From Bugula neritina (Eukaryota; Animalia; Bryozoa): a DNA stretch of 18,046 nucleotides. Location of the stretch: positions 1 to 18,046 of the forward strand of contig CAXIUT010000220.1 in NCBI GenBank assembly GCA_964035545.1, given 5' to 3'. Below, piece after piece: positions 1 to 11,500 of this stretch. A program made the translations under genes and the position numbers. The notes below the pieces were generated by a model. That model made no database searches. It was not told the DNA's origin and saw only the letters and a program-made list of their open reading frames with translations. How positions within the stretch are numbered: the stretch's first letter is position 1; each line of letters starts with the position of its first letter.

Positions 1-75
1 CCCAACCCCAACCCCAACCCCAACCCCAACCCCAACCCCAACCCCAACCCCAACCCCAACCCCAACCCCAACCCC
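1..75 (-). repeat. Left telomere, C-strand (CCCCAA)n; reads (GGGGTT)12 GGG on the minus strand
   Basis: Perfect C4A2 hexamer repeats from base 1 to 75, then unique AT-rich sequence. G4T2 is the Tetrahymena-type ciliate telomere repeat. Confidence 0.97.
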
Positions 76-148
76 TTATTTTTATTAATCAAATATCTTC
101 AATAAATAAATTTTATACACAAGTTATAGTAATTAATAACTAATAGGG

Positions 149-3100
149 ATGTCGATTCCTTCAGAGTAGCAACTTAAAATTAGAATATTCAACTAACAAG
201 TTGAAGATTCTTTAATTTACTATAGTATAGCCAGAAAATAACAAAAAAGTTTATCCATCTTTAAAAATAATAGACTTCTCATCTTTGATTACACCCAAGC
301 TAAAATATTTTACATAAACTACAATAATAACCTACCTTTCAAACAACATCTGCCACAACCTAAAAACTAATTTGCTTTTCTCAATAGAACCACCATCAGA
401 CATTCACCGAACACCAATTATATAGAATTCGTGTTTTACTTCAATAAATAAAGTCAATTCTGGAACTTTTAATTCGCTAGTAACTAACTAGCTGATTAAT
501 GGATAAGATTATTTGATGCAAAAAGACTTTAACTAGAATAAAAACCACCATCGAAAGTCATAGTCAGCAGTCCTGTCTATGATCTTCCAAAAGTTTAAGA
601 ATAAAATGCCAATGATATAGTTAAATAATCACAAAGAGATATTCCCAATGATTAATCAAGACTTATCAGTCAAGTCATTCTTTCCAAAAGCAGAATATCA
701 CAAAATATCGAACCATAAAAACAATAGGTATCTGTTGTAAGGAGTCAAAATGTCAATTCTAAAGATTGGAATCTCAGATTTTATAACAATAGAGATATAG
801 AAACCCTTTTCGAGTTCAGAAGAGTAGCAGCTGATGCCTTTTTTGTCTCTTTTAAAAAAGATATCTCCAACAATAAATAATCAAGAGTTTATCAAAACGA
901 TAACTTGATAATAAAAATCGCTAATAGATATACAAGCTAAGCTAAAAAGTTAAAAAACTAATATAGAAACTATCATTTTATTATGTAAGCAACTAACAAA
1001 CATTTCGTAGTCGGAGTACCTCTAGCCTGTCTAATTGAGTTCTAAAGTGTAGTCGGATTAGTAAAAGCTCAATTACCAGACAGAGCCAAACAAATCAGTT
1101 ACGATAATGCCCTCAAAGAACAGTTTAATTAGCTCTAAAGGTATACTAGAATAAAAAATAAAGTACTTTAAAAATCTGTAATTTTCAACTTAGCATAAAA
1201 TTATGATCCTAGAAAACCATTTCTCATGTACCTAGATGAACTCACTCAATATTTGCCTCTTAACTTATAATTTCCAAATGAGCAAACTTTGATAAGACCT
1301 GAATATATGCTTGATTAGGTTGATTATTTTATTTTTAGTAACTATCCTGATAAAAATGGGAAAGAATATTCAAGATAGTTGAGATAACTCAGTCTAAAAG
1401 TAACATAAAAAATAAAATTATTTAGTAATAACTTCTACTCCTTGTCTTTTCCTATCTGTAGAATCACATAGCTCAAAAATATAATGCATTAGGCCGGTTT
1501 AAATTTTAAGTACCTTCCCTATGTTTATTCTTACTGTAAAAACAAAGAAGTTAAAAGGTACATATATAGCGCAATGACAGCTAAAATTGTTAAAGACTAC
1601 ATTTTTGAAAGCATAATCAAGACAAAAGAGTAGAACAATGAAGTTAGGTTTTAAAATGGAGTAGAATAATCGATATCTCTTCTTTTAGCTGGTGATAACA
1701 AAAAGAGTAATGAGCTTTGGAAAGAAATATCTTTGATATTCAAAAAGAAATACAACCTTACTCTTTATAATAAAGAACTTTTGCCTGGATTCTTTCTCAA
1801 TTCAGTGATGGAACTTATTCCAGCTACCTATGATATCATCAAACTTGATATAAAAAAGAGAATATTTCAATAAAATAAGATAATATAGCCTGGATTTGTT
1901 AAAATTTTACAACCCAAAATAAAAACTTTTGATAGATTTTTACCATAACATCTATAAAAATTAAAAAATGATGCTAAAACATATACCAAATCAGAATAAG
2001 TCAGCAATGCAATTAAGACATAACTATTTTAAAGAAATTCGTCTAATAAAAATAGTTACTAATTTGGTAATAATGATGAATGGATGGTTTAATATTTAAG
2101 TCTCTATTATCCTCCTTAGTAAATAGCCTCAGAAAATTAATAAAAATATCCTTATCTATTCGATAGAATCAATTAGTAACCTCCATCTAACTTTTCACTA
2201 AATTTGACTAAAAATTATCTTTAGTGGTGCAATAAAAAATAAAATACATAAGAATTCAATAAAATATTCAACATATCAATGAAAATAGCTGATTATTGGC
2301 TTGATTAAGTCCATCCCATGAGAAGTGATCTCCTACAAATACTATCAGACTACTATTCTATCATAGGATTAAACGATCAAATGTTAAAATATATGAAGAA
2401 TTCAGTTAATTTGTCAATAAAGTTTTGGGGAAATGAAGCACATCAAACAGGAATCAAGTACTACTAGTTAGCAGACAGGTATCTTAGAGCAGGTAAAAAG
2501 AAATAAGCTTAATAGTATTTTATAAAAGCAAAAATAAATATGGAACTAAATAAAAGCAAAACAAATAAACTTGGACTTACCCACATCAAACTGTCATCAA
2601 TATATTTATCAGATCTTTAATACTAGAAAGCAACTAAATAGGCAAGATAGTCAATTACTGCATTTGAAGATTACTAGAGGAGGATAAAAAGTTTTGGAAT
2701 ATTCAACTAACCTTATAAAATAAAAGCTTTTTAGCTGCTATCAAGGATATTCTAGATATGTGACCAAAGAACCAACTATAAAGAGTTGGCTTTGAGTTGT
2801 GCTAAAAAGTTTAACTCAACTAGAAACAAAGAGGTCTATGAACAAATGATCAGAATTTGTTTGGCTGCATCAATATACAAATCAACTGTTGAAAGGTGTG
2901 AGTCTTTCTTAAAACTGATCCTTAACCTCTAACAATAAAGTAGATAAAACTAAACACTTCAACCGATTGATGAGCTGATGAAAAAAAGTGAAGATATTAT
3001 TGTGATGGAAAGGTTTATGTATAAATTTTAGTTTCTTGAAAGATCAATCGTTTAGATCAGTAATAGAAAAAAGCATCAGCCTAACTAAGATAATCGTTAG

Positions 3101-3190
3101 TTCGCTAATATACTTAAAAATATTGTAGTTATTTTAGGAGTTTAGTATATTCAAGGAGTCATAGAATAAAAATTAAGTTATGGACCATGA
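149..3190 (+). CDS. 1013-aa protein with an N-terminal PH-like domain, a CLU (clustered-mitochondria)-like central domain and C-terminal TPR-like repeats
   Basis: ATG at 149 opens a frame with no TGA until 3188-3190 (TAA/TAG read as sense). Motifs seen with UAR=E: FWNFEFASNELADEWIRLF (PH-type terminal helix with Trp); DWNLRF, KKLKNEYRN, PLACLIEF..VGLVKAQLP, LIRPEY, IMHEAGLNFKYL and SNELWKEI (resembling CLU-family motifs in order); HP-containing and YYELADRY..GKKKEAEEYFIKA TPR-like helices. Domain names are by motif recognition, not a database search. Confidence 0.85.
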
Positions 3191-3302
3191 TTATGTTCAC
3201 TTATTTATTTAGTTTTTTTTTTTAAAATTTTTAGATTTACAAACTTTAGAATATTCAAGAGTATTTATAAATCATATTAAATAATACTTCGATTTCTGAA
3301 AG

Positions 3303-4517
3303 ATGAAAATACGAAGGGTGCTATAAAAGAAACAAGAAAATCAGATATTATTGAATGAAAAAGTCAAAAGATCTATTTCTGTTCCCAATTGTACCAAATA
3401 TTAGCTAAAGAATTTAATGAGTAGAAATAAACAATAACTTAATACTAGATCTAAATCTTATAGTTCTTCATTATGTGATAAAAATAAAAATGAGTGGTTC
3501 AATATGATTAAAAAAAGTTCCAATTTTTGTCATGTTCTCAGACCAAGAACAGCTACTAGTAAATAAAATTGGAAAAGTAATAAAAAGAAACTATTTCTAA
3601 AAGAATAAAAAAGATCTATAAAATAATATTAGGTCGATAATTTAGTTAACAAAATTAATAGTTAATAATTTGGATTTAAAACTATCAATAAATAGTTAAA
3701 GTTATTGATAAAATAGGGTGAAAGTTTATCTTCTAATGAAAATTATAATTTATTTTAAAATTCTATCTTAAATAAAGTAAATTTTGGATAGTTAAATAAT
3801 GTTAAAGAAGATTTTAGATAATTTTTAACTTTAATATAAAAATATTTTTAAATAAAAGAACAAAAAAACATAAAAAAATAAAGAAAAATAACTTTTGGTT
3901 TACAAAATTAGATAAGTAATTTACAAATCAAAATAACTAAACAAAAATATGAATTAGATCAAAATTAAAAATATATTAAATATCTTAGTTTAAAATTAGA
4001 TGAGGCATAAAAATAGATAAGTTCAATCAAAGATAAATTAATGATCTTTAAGCAATAAAAATTAAAAGAAAATACTTTATGGGATAACATTTAACTAATA
4101 GAAAAATCTAAAAAATGTTAGAGATAATAATATGACTTGTAAAAGAATCATAATATAAATAGAACGTGTGGCTTATCTTTATCTAGTTTGATTTAGAAGT
4201 ATAAAAAGTAATTAAGATAGATTAAAAAGCAAAATTAATAGTTGTTAGAAGTTTTAGCTGTTTTAAATCATCAAGGAGTCAACATAGAAAGTGCATATCA
4301 TTCAATATTGTAAGGAAGAAACGATATTTCTGATGATTTTAGCGAGTAAAGTTTGATTTATCAACTCATGTAAAAATCAAGAATAATAAAACAATAACCA
4401 AATAGTTCTTGCTCACTTAATTGCTAATCCTTTAGTAGAGTTAGTATCAATTTATAAAATAGTAATTAAGAAATAATAATTGAAAAATTAAAAGAGGAAC
4501 AAAAATATTTAAAATGA
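3303..4517 (+). CDS. 404-aa hypothetical K/E-rich coiled-coil protein
   Basis: ATG 3303 to TGA 4515-4517 with no internal TGA, much longer than expected by chance. Heptad-like segments such as KKELREIKKQNEELLEVL. No family recognised. Confidence 0.7.
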
Positions 4518-5318
4518 TTTGAAATCAAGATAAAAAAGATGATCTTAATAATTTTATAATTTATAATATTAGTATTTTCGATATAATACAACCAAATCAG
4601 AGTTTATCTGATAAAATAAATTGGATTTTATTGTTTAAAATATCTTTTTCTATGTTCTTTTCACAGTAAACTGCTAATTTATTAATTTTTAAACATTTAT
4701 TGTTTTGAAAATAATATTAAAATGCAGTCATAGTAAAAAAGATAAAATGAATAATGACCTATTTTTCGATAATAGCACAAGAAAAGGAGAGATAAAAAAG
4801 AAATAAGTCTATATTATAGATTTGGTTTCACAAAAACAACCTCAAGAGAATACATTTATGTCCAAATTTGATAAAAAATAAGAATTAACAACTGAGTTAG
4901 AACAATAATTCTTGAAGAAATAGTGAGATCTACTTGAATAAAGTCTAAAAAGGTTAAAAGAAGGTAAATTATTAATAAGTGACCAGCATCTATTCAATTA
5001 AAAAAACAATAAATAAGCTAAATAAAATACTATAAGAGATGAAAACAACTTTATTTAATTATTTACTTTATTTTAAACAAAACATTAGGCCCTTAGATTA
5101 TTTTTATTTTAGCTATTTTTCTCTAAAGACTACTATTTTTGTTATTTTATTAATAAAATATAAGATATCGAAATTTAAATGTCAAATTTCTAAAGATTTT
5201 ATTGAGAATAAGTCAAAAAGAATTGTTATTAAATGAATAAATAGAAGATATATTTTAGATAGTTTTATTAGAATTATTATCAACAAGACTATATAGTTAT
5301 AGATTTTTATTAAAATAT

Positions 5319-5393
5319 GGGGTTGGGGTTGGGGTTGGGGTTGGGGTTGGGGTTGGGGTTGGGGTTGGGGTTGGGGTTGGGGTTGGGGTTGGG
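5319..5393 (+). repeat. Internal telomeric tract 1: (GGGGTT)12 GGG, followed by TAAG
   Basis: Directly visible, 75 nt, perfect repeats, with unique sequence on both sides. Confidence 0.97.
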
Positions 5394-5527
5394 TAAGGTT
5401 GCTGATAATTTTCTTAGGTCTTAGTTTTATTTAGATGAAAATTATATCATTTTAATTTGATGTTTAATTCTGATGCTATTTTATCAAGAGAATAAGATAC
5501 GACCACAACTTGATAATTAATTAGTTT

Positions 5528-8500
5528 ATGAAGCAATTCTTGCTCTTCACGTCTCTCGTAACCCTATTACTTCTCTGGCAGCCTGTGCTAGCATGTAACC
5601 CAGGTGAATATGATGACGGCGGGGTCTGTACTCCTTGCGCCACCAATACATTTGCTCCAACAGGCAACTAAACTCGATGCGCAAAATGCTTTAACTGTCT
5701 TGACTGCAATCCCACTAACGGAGACTGCACTATTTGTCCTGCAGGGTCTTAACCCGCTGCTGATGACTGTTCTGTCTGCCAAGCTCAAACATATTCCGAT
5801 GGCACCCGTCCATGCGCATAATGTCCAGGATGTTATACCTGTAACTCTTTAAATGGTTCATGCAGCAGCTGTAAAAAAGGATTTGAACTAAGAGGATAGG
5901 CTTGCTTCCCTTGTGCGAATGGAACTTATTCGACTGGAGGTGAGGGTTTATGTCTGTAATGTACAGGATGCACAGCATGTGATGCTGAAAATGGAATGTG
6001 TACTTCTTGTAAACCAGGATTTGGTCTATCATTTGGCTAATGTATAGCATGTTCGACTGGAACCTACTCACCTGGAGGTACTGGCGATTGTATCGCATGT
6101 GCTGGATGTTCTGCTTGCGTTTCAACAACAGGAGTTTGTTCAAGCTGTTTGGCTGGTTATGGATTTAGCAATGGAACTTGTGCTGCCTGTGCCCAAAATA
6201 CTTACTCAACAGGAGGAATAGGACAATGTATTCCTTGTACAGGATGTTCTAGTTGTGCTTCAGCCACTGGAGTTTGTTCCAGTTGTATTGCTGGGTATGG
6301 ATTCCAGTCAAACGGGACATGTACTTTTTGTTCTTAAAGAACATTTTCTCCAGGAGGAACCTAACAATGTCAAACCTGCCCTGGATGTGCTGATTGTGCT
6401 CCTTAAAATGGAAACTGTTCAACTTGTCTAGCAGGTTATGGATATCTAAATCAAAAATGTACAGCCTGCCCTAGTGGATAATATTCTCCTGGAGGAACTG
6501 TAGTATGTCAGAACTGCATTGGATGTGATTAATGTATTAGTACTTCTGGAAAATGTTCAACTTGTTTCGCTGGATACGGACTAATAAATGGAACATGTGT
6601 ATCATGTCCTGAAGGTAGCTACTCCCCTGGAGGAACTGGCTTGTGTCTTGATTGTTTAGGTTGTACACAATGTATATCTACAACTGGAGTCTGCACCTAG
6701 TGCAATCCAGGATACGGATTCTAATCGAATGGAACTTGTCTTTCATGTCCAAAAGGCACCTTTTCCTTGGGAGGAACTCAACCATGCCAATCATGCCCTG
6801 GATGCTCTGACTGTACTTCAATCAATGGAAAGTGCACAGCCTGTCAAGCTGGCTTTGGATTGAACAATGAATCATGCACAATGTGTCAACCTGGAACTTT
6901 CTCAAGATAAGGAAATGTTGGCCCCTGCCTAAACTGCAGTGCAGGATGTGATAGTTGTGCTGCTACTTCTGGTGATTGCAGCAGCTGTAAAGCAGCTTTC
7001 GGATTAGTGAACGATAGCTGTATAGCTTGCGCTAATCAAACTTATTCAACAGGAGGAACTGGAGAATGTCAATAATGTGTTGGCTGTTCAGCTTGTACAG
7101 CAAGTGACGGAGTGTGTTCAACTTGTAAAGCAGGTTTTGGTTATTAGATCAATGGTTCATGTACAACTTGTCCTAATGGAACTTATTCTACTGGAGGCAC
7201 TACTACTTGTCAAAATTGTATTGGATGTGATACTTGTGACTCAACTTCTGGATCATGTGAGACTTGTAATCCTGGTTTTGGACTTAAAAATGGTACTTGC
7301 ATTGTTTGTTCAAATGGAACCTACAGTCCTGGTGGAAATAATACATGCGTTGCTTGTGTGGGATGTGTTAGTTGTGCTCCTTCTTCAGGAGTCTGTACGG
7401 AATGTATTGCTGGATATGGATTCTAAGCTACTGGAATATGTACTGCTTGCTCACAAGGTAAATTCTCCCCAGGAGGTACCCAGCAGTGTCAATCATGTCC
7501 TGGCTGTTCTATGTGCTCTTCAGTAAATGGAAGTTGCACAGCCTGTCAAGCTGGCTTTGGACTCAATAATAATTCTTGCACATCATGCCCAAGTGGTACT
7601 TTTTCAAGATAAGGAAGCACAGGTCCTTGTCAGAACTGTAGTTCAGGATGCAATACTTGTGCAGCAACTTCTGGTGACTGTCTGAGTTGTAAAGCAGCCT
7701 TTGGATTAGTGAATAGTAGTTGCATTGCTTGTGCTAATCAAACATATTCGACAGGAGGAACTGGATAATGCCAAGAATGTGTTGGTTGTTCAGCTTGCAC
7801 AGCTAGTAGTGGAGTGTGTTCTGGTTGCAAAGCAGGGTTTGGTTATGAAAATAATAGTTCTTGTTTAAGTTGTGCGAATGGAACTTATTCAACTGGAGGC
7901 ACTCAACAATGTATTAGTTGTGTTGGATGCAACTAATGTATTTCTACATCTGGATCTTGTGCGACATGCTTTGCGGGATTTGGTCTTGTCAATGGTTTTT
8001 GTGTTGGATGTTAATAAAACACTTATAGTACTGGAGGAAATGGAACATGTCAGCCTTGTGTGGGATGTTTGACCTGTCTACCTCAATCAGGCGTCTGCTC
8101 AGGCTGCAATCCAGGCTTTGGTTTCAATAGTGGACAGTGTACGGCTTGTTAATCTCAGCACTATTCTACTGGAGGAAACTCTACTTGTAAACAATGTCTG
8201 GGATGTTCAGCTTGCTCACAAATAAATGGAGCTTGTTCAGGATGTCTAGCTGGATATAATCTTATCAACAGTGCTTGTCAGGCTTGCTAGCAGGGTTCTT
8301 ATAGTCCTGATGGAGCAGCTTGTAGAATATGTGTGGGATGTGAAGCCTGTTTGGCTACCACTGGTGTCTGTTCTTCTTGCTTGGCTGGTTTTGGATTAAC
8401 TAATGGATCTTGTCAAGCATGCCCTGCTAAAACTTTCTCAAGAGCAGGAAGTTCATCTGTCTGTCAAAACTGTACTGGATGTTAGGCTTGTGGACAGGCT

Positions 8501-11500
8501 ACTGGAGAATGTTCTTCTTGTTCAGCTGGTTATGGTCTTTATAATACAACTTGTACTAGTTGCGCTAACCCTAGTTTTTCATAAGGAGGTACTGGTTAAT
8601 GTAAAAATTGTTTGGGCTGCTCAACTTGCAATAATATCAATGGTTCTTGTTCTGGATGTGTTGCTGGTTTCTAACTGAATGGTACAAACTGTGACCTATG
8701 TAAGCCTGGAACTTATTCTACAGGTAATTCTTCTTGTATGGACTGTAATGTAAACTGTTCATAGTGTTCAGTTTCAAGTGGAGCCTGTCTGGTTTGTAAG
8801 AGAGGTTTCCAGCCTAATGGTATGAGTTGTAGTACTTGCCCTGTACATACATTTTCTGATGATGGCAGATATTGTGAGGAGTGTTTGAAGAACTGTGCTA
8901 CATGTAGTGTTGAGACAGGTTTTTGTCTTACTTGTGTTGAAGGAAGTCAACTATAAAACAACGTCACTTGCAATAATTGTTCAGTGAGAACTTATTCTCC
9001 TGGAGGTAATATTTTGTGTAAAGATTGCGATGTTCACTGTGCTAGTTGTGACTCAGTTAATGGCAGTTGCTTTACCTGTTTTGCTGGATTTGTTCCTAAC
9101 ATCACCAAATGTGATTTATGTCCTGATGGAACTTATTCTATTGGTGTTGGAGATTGCTAAATATGCAACGCTATCTGTGTTACTTGTAATGTAACTAACG
9201 GCTACTGTACTACCTGTGCTGCAGGAACCCAACCTAATACTTCTAGTTGTAGTGATTGTCCTACTGATACTTTCAGTGCTGATGGAAAGGCTTGTCAAGT
9301 TTGTGATAGTTGTTTGACCTGCAACAGTACAACTGGAGCCTGTTTATCTTGTGTAAGTGGAAAAGGACTCAATGATACAAAATGTAGTCTTTGCAAGACA
9401 AATCAATTTACTAACAGTAGTTCATATAAGTGTTAAAATTGTGATAGCAGTTGTGCTTCGTGTAGTGGTAGCAAAAACAATCAATGTACTAGTTGTGATT
9501 AAGACTGGGGTTTTAAAAATAATACCTGTACTATTTGCCCTAATGGAACTACTTCTGATGGTTTGCGTCCTTGTGAGCAATGCAACACATCTAACTGCAA
9601 AGCCTGTACTCAAAATGATGTCTGTCAAGTTTGTGACTTTGACTTTGTTTTACTTAACAACTCTGAATGTGGTTTTACTTGTGACTTGACTATCAAAGGG
9701 TGTGAACTATGTCAGATCTAGAGTTAGTGTTATATGTGCCAACCTAAATACATTGATGATGGTAAGGGAGGTTGCGTTTTTTGTGCTATAAGTAGCTGTC
9801 TGAACTGTTCAGCTGATAATCAATGCAGTTCGTGTAGTGATGGTTTGGTTCCATCTACGACTAAAGATTCTTGTATCAGTTGTTTTGACTAAAACTGTGT
9901 GAGTTGCGGCAGATCGAATTACTGTGATGTCTGTGTTAAAGACTATGGATCAATAAATGGTTTTTGTTACCTTTGTGGAGTTATAAATTGCAAAATATGT
10001 GACAATACAAACACTTCTTTAAAATGTTCTGCTTGCCAGAATAACTATGTTCTTGACATAACTCAAAACAAATGCTTTGCTAACTGTTCAATTAATAACT
10101 GTTCGGTCTGCAATACACCCAACGTATGCTTTAGCTGTGCTGCTAACTTTACCCTCAACCCTAGCAATAATACTTGTGTCCCTAACTGTGGAATCAATAA
10201 TTGTGTCATGTGCAGTGGAACTACTTGTTCAGGTTGCCTAACTGGGTATATCTTACTAGGATCTTCATGTATTTTAAGATGCAATATTGCTAACTGTGTC
10301 CAATGTATTACTAATGCCTTTGATGTGTGTCAGCAATGTGTAACTGGATTCCAACTTTCTTCTGATAAAACTGTCTGTGGAACTTGTAATATTCTTAACT
10401 GTATTACTTGTAACCGTAAAAATCAATGTGATCGTTGCTCTGGAGACTTGATCTATCAGAGCGGACAGTGTCTCTCTTGCAAAGTTGATAACTGTCAGGT
10501 CTGTAGTTCCAATGATACTTGCAGCATCTGTTATGATGGATATAGTTTAAATAATACTGCCTCACTAGATAGTCAGTGCATGACTTGTCTTAATCCTTGT
10601 GCAAATTGTTATCCTGATGGAAGTTGTATTACTTGTGTTTCTCCCTACAGTCCAGTAACTTTAACTCAAGGAAGTTCATGCTTCTTCTGCTTCGATCCTC
10701 ATTGTGCCTCTTGCTCTAGTTCTTCTGAAGGAGCCTGTACATCATGTACTTCACCCTATTCTTTGAAAAGTGGAGCTTGTGTGGTTCAATGTATTGAAGG
10801 ATGTCTGATTTGCACAGATTAAACTACATGTCTACTCTGTTCCAGTTACTACTACTTAGATTTTAATACCACTACCTGCCTTCGATGCCCCAATATTCCT
10901 GCCTGCCAAAGTTGCAGCGCTTCTGATCCAACTGTATGCAATCAATGCAACCCTGGATATTATATGGTGAATAGTACTTGTATAGCATGTCCAGCTTATT
11001 GTGCTACTTGCTCATCAGCTACTAAGTGTCTTTCTTTGGTTCAATAAACAGGCTACACCCTTATGATGATAAATCAAACTAGTAACTATCCAACTCTCTG
11101 TGATCCAGGCTGTGAGATCTGTTCTAATGCCAATCCAACTATCTGTACTGACTGCTATGACGGATACTATCTGACTTCTCAAAGCTACTGCATGACATGT
11201 AGAATTGGACATTCTTGTGCTACATGTTCCTTAACCAATCCCTCTATCTGCCTTACCTGTTTCCGAGGATACTTCTTAAAAGACTCAATCTGTGTTTCAT
11301 GCACTTATCCTTGTACTTCATGTGAAGGCCAGTAGGCAGAGAAATGTACTGCTTGTGCTATAGATTACACCTTAACATCAAATAATACCTGCTTATTGAG
11401 TTCAAGTCTTCGTAGTTCTTATGGTAATGTCACTTAAAATTGTGCTAACTCTATTCTCACGATTGTTGCTAATAGTAGTACTGAACTTGATTGTTCCCTT

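Noticed and set aside
1319-1338. GTTGATTATTTTATTTTTAG as a 20-nt intron in gene 1
   Set aside because: Removal creates a TGA within four codons, while the unspliced frame stays open into further CLU-like motifs.
4832-4846. AAAAACAACCTCAAG resembling the Tetrahymena chromosome breakage sequence (also GAGGTTGGT at 14753-14761)
   Set aside because: Both mismatch the conserved Cbs core, neither is adjacent to a telomere junction, and the second lies in kinase coding sequence.
5391-5400. TAAG tail as telomerase RNA template read-through
   Set aside because: It does not match the register or sequence expected from read-through of the Tetrahymena template boundary, and this organism's telomerase RNA is not available to test.
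5393-5417. GTAAG...TTTTCTTAG as a 25-nt intron starting at the end of tract 1
   Set aside because: It looks like a good intron, but no supported CDS covers it, and the equivalent at tract 2 would be only 13 nt and would disrupt the kinase. It could still be a 5'-UTR intron.
4747-5460. Frame with TGA at 4924, 5203 and 5458 that passes in frame through tract 1 (pseudogene or UGA=Trp readthrough)
   Set aside because: The TGA density is about what chance gives at this base composition, no homology was recognised, and the well-supported genes use TGG for Trp with no internal TGA.
5594-9590. CRISPR-like or non-coding repeat array
   Set aside because: The periodicity is fully explained by degenerate protein-coding Cys repeats in a eukaryotic gene.
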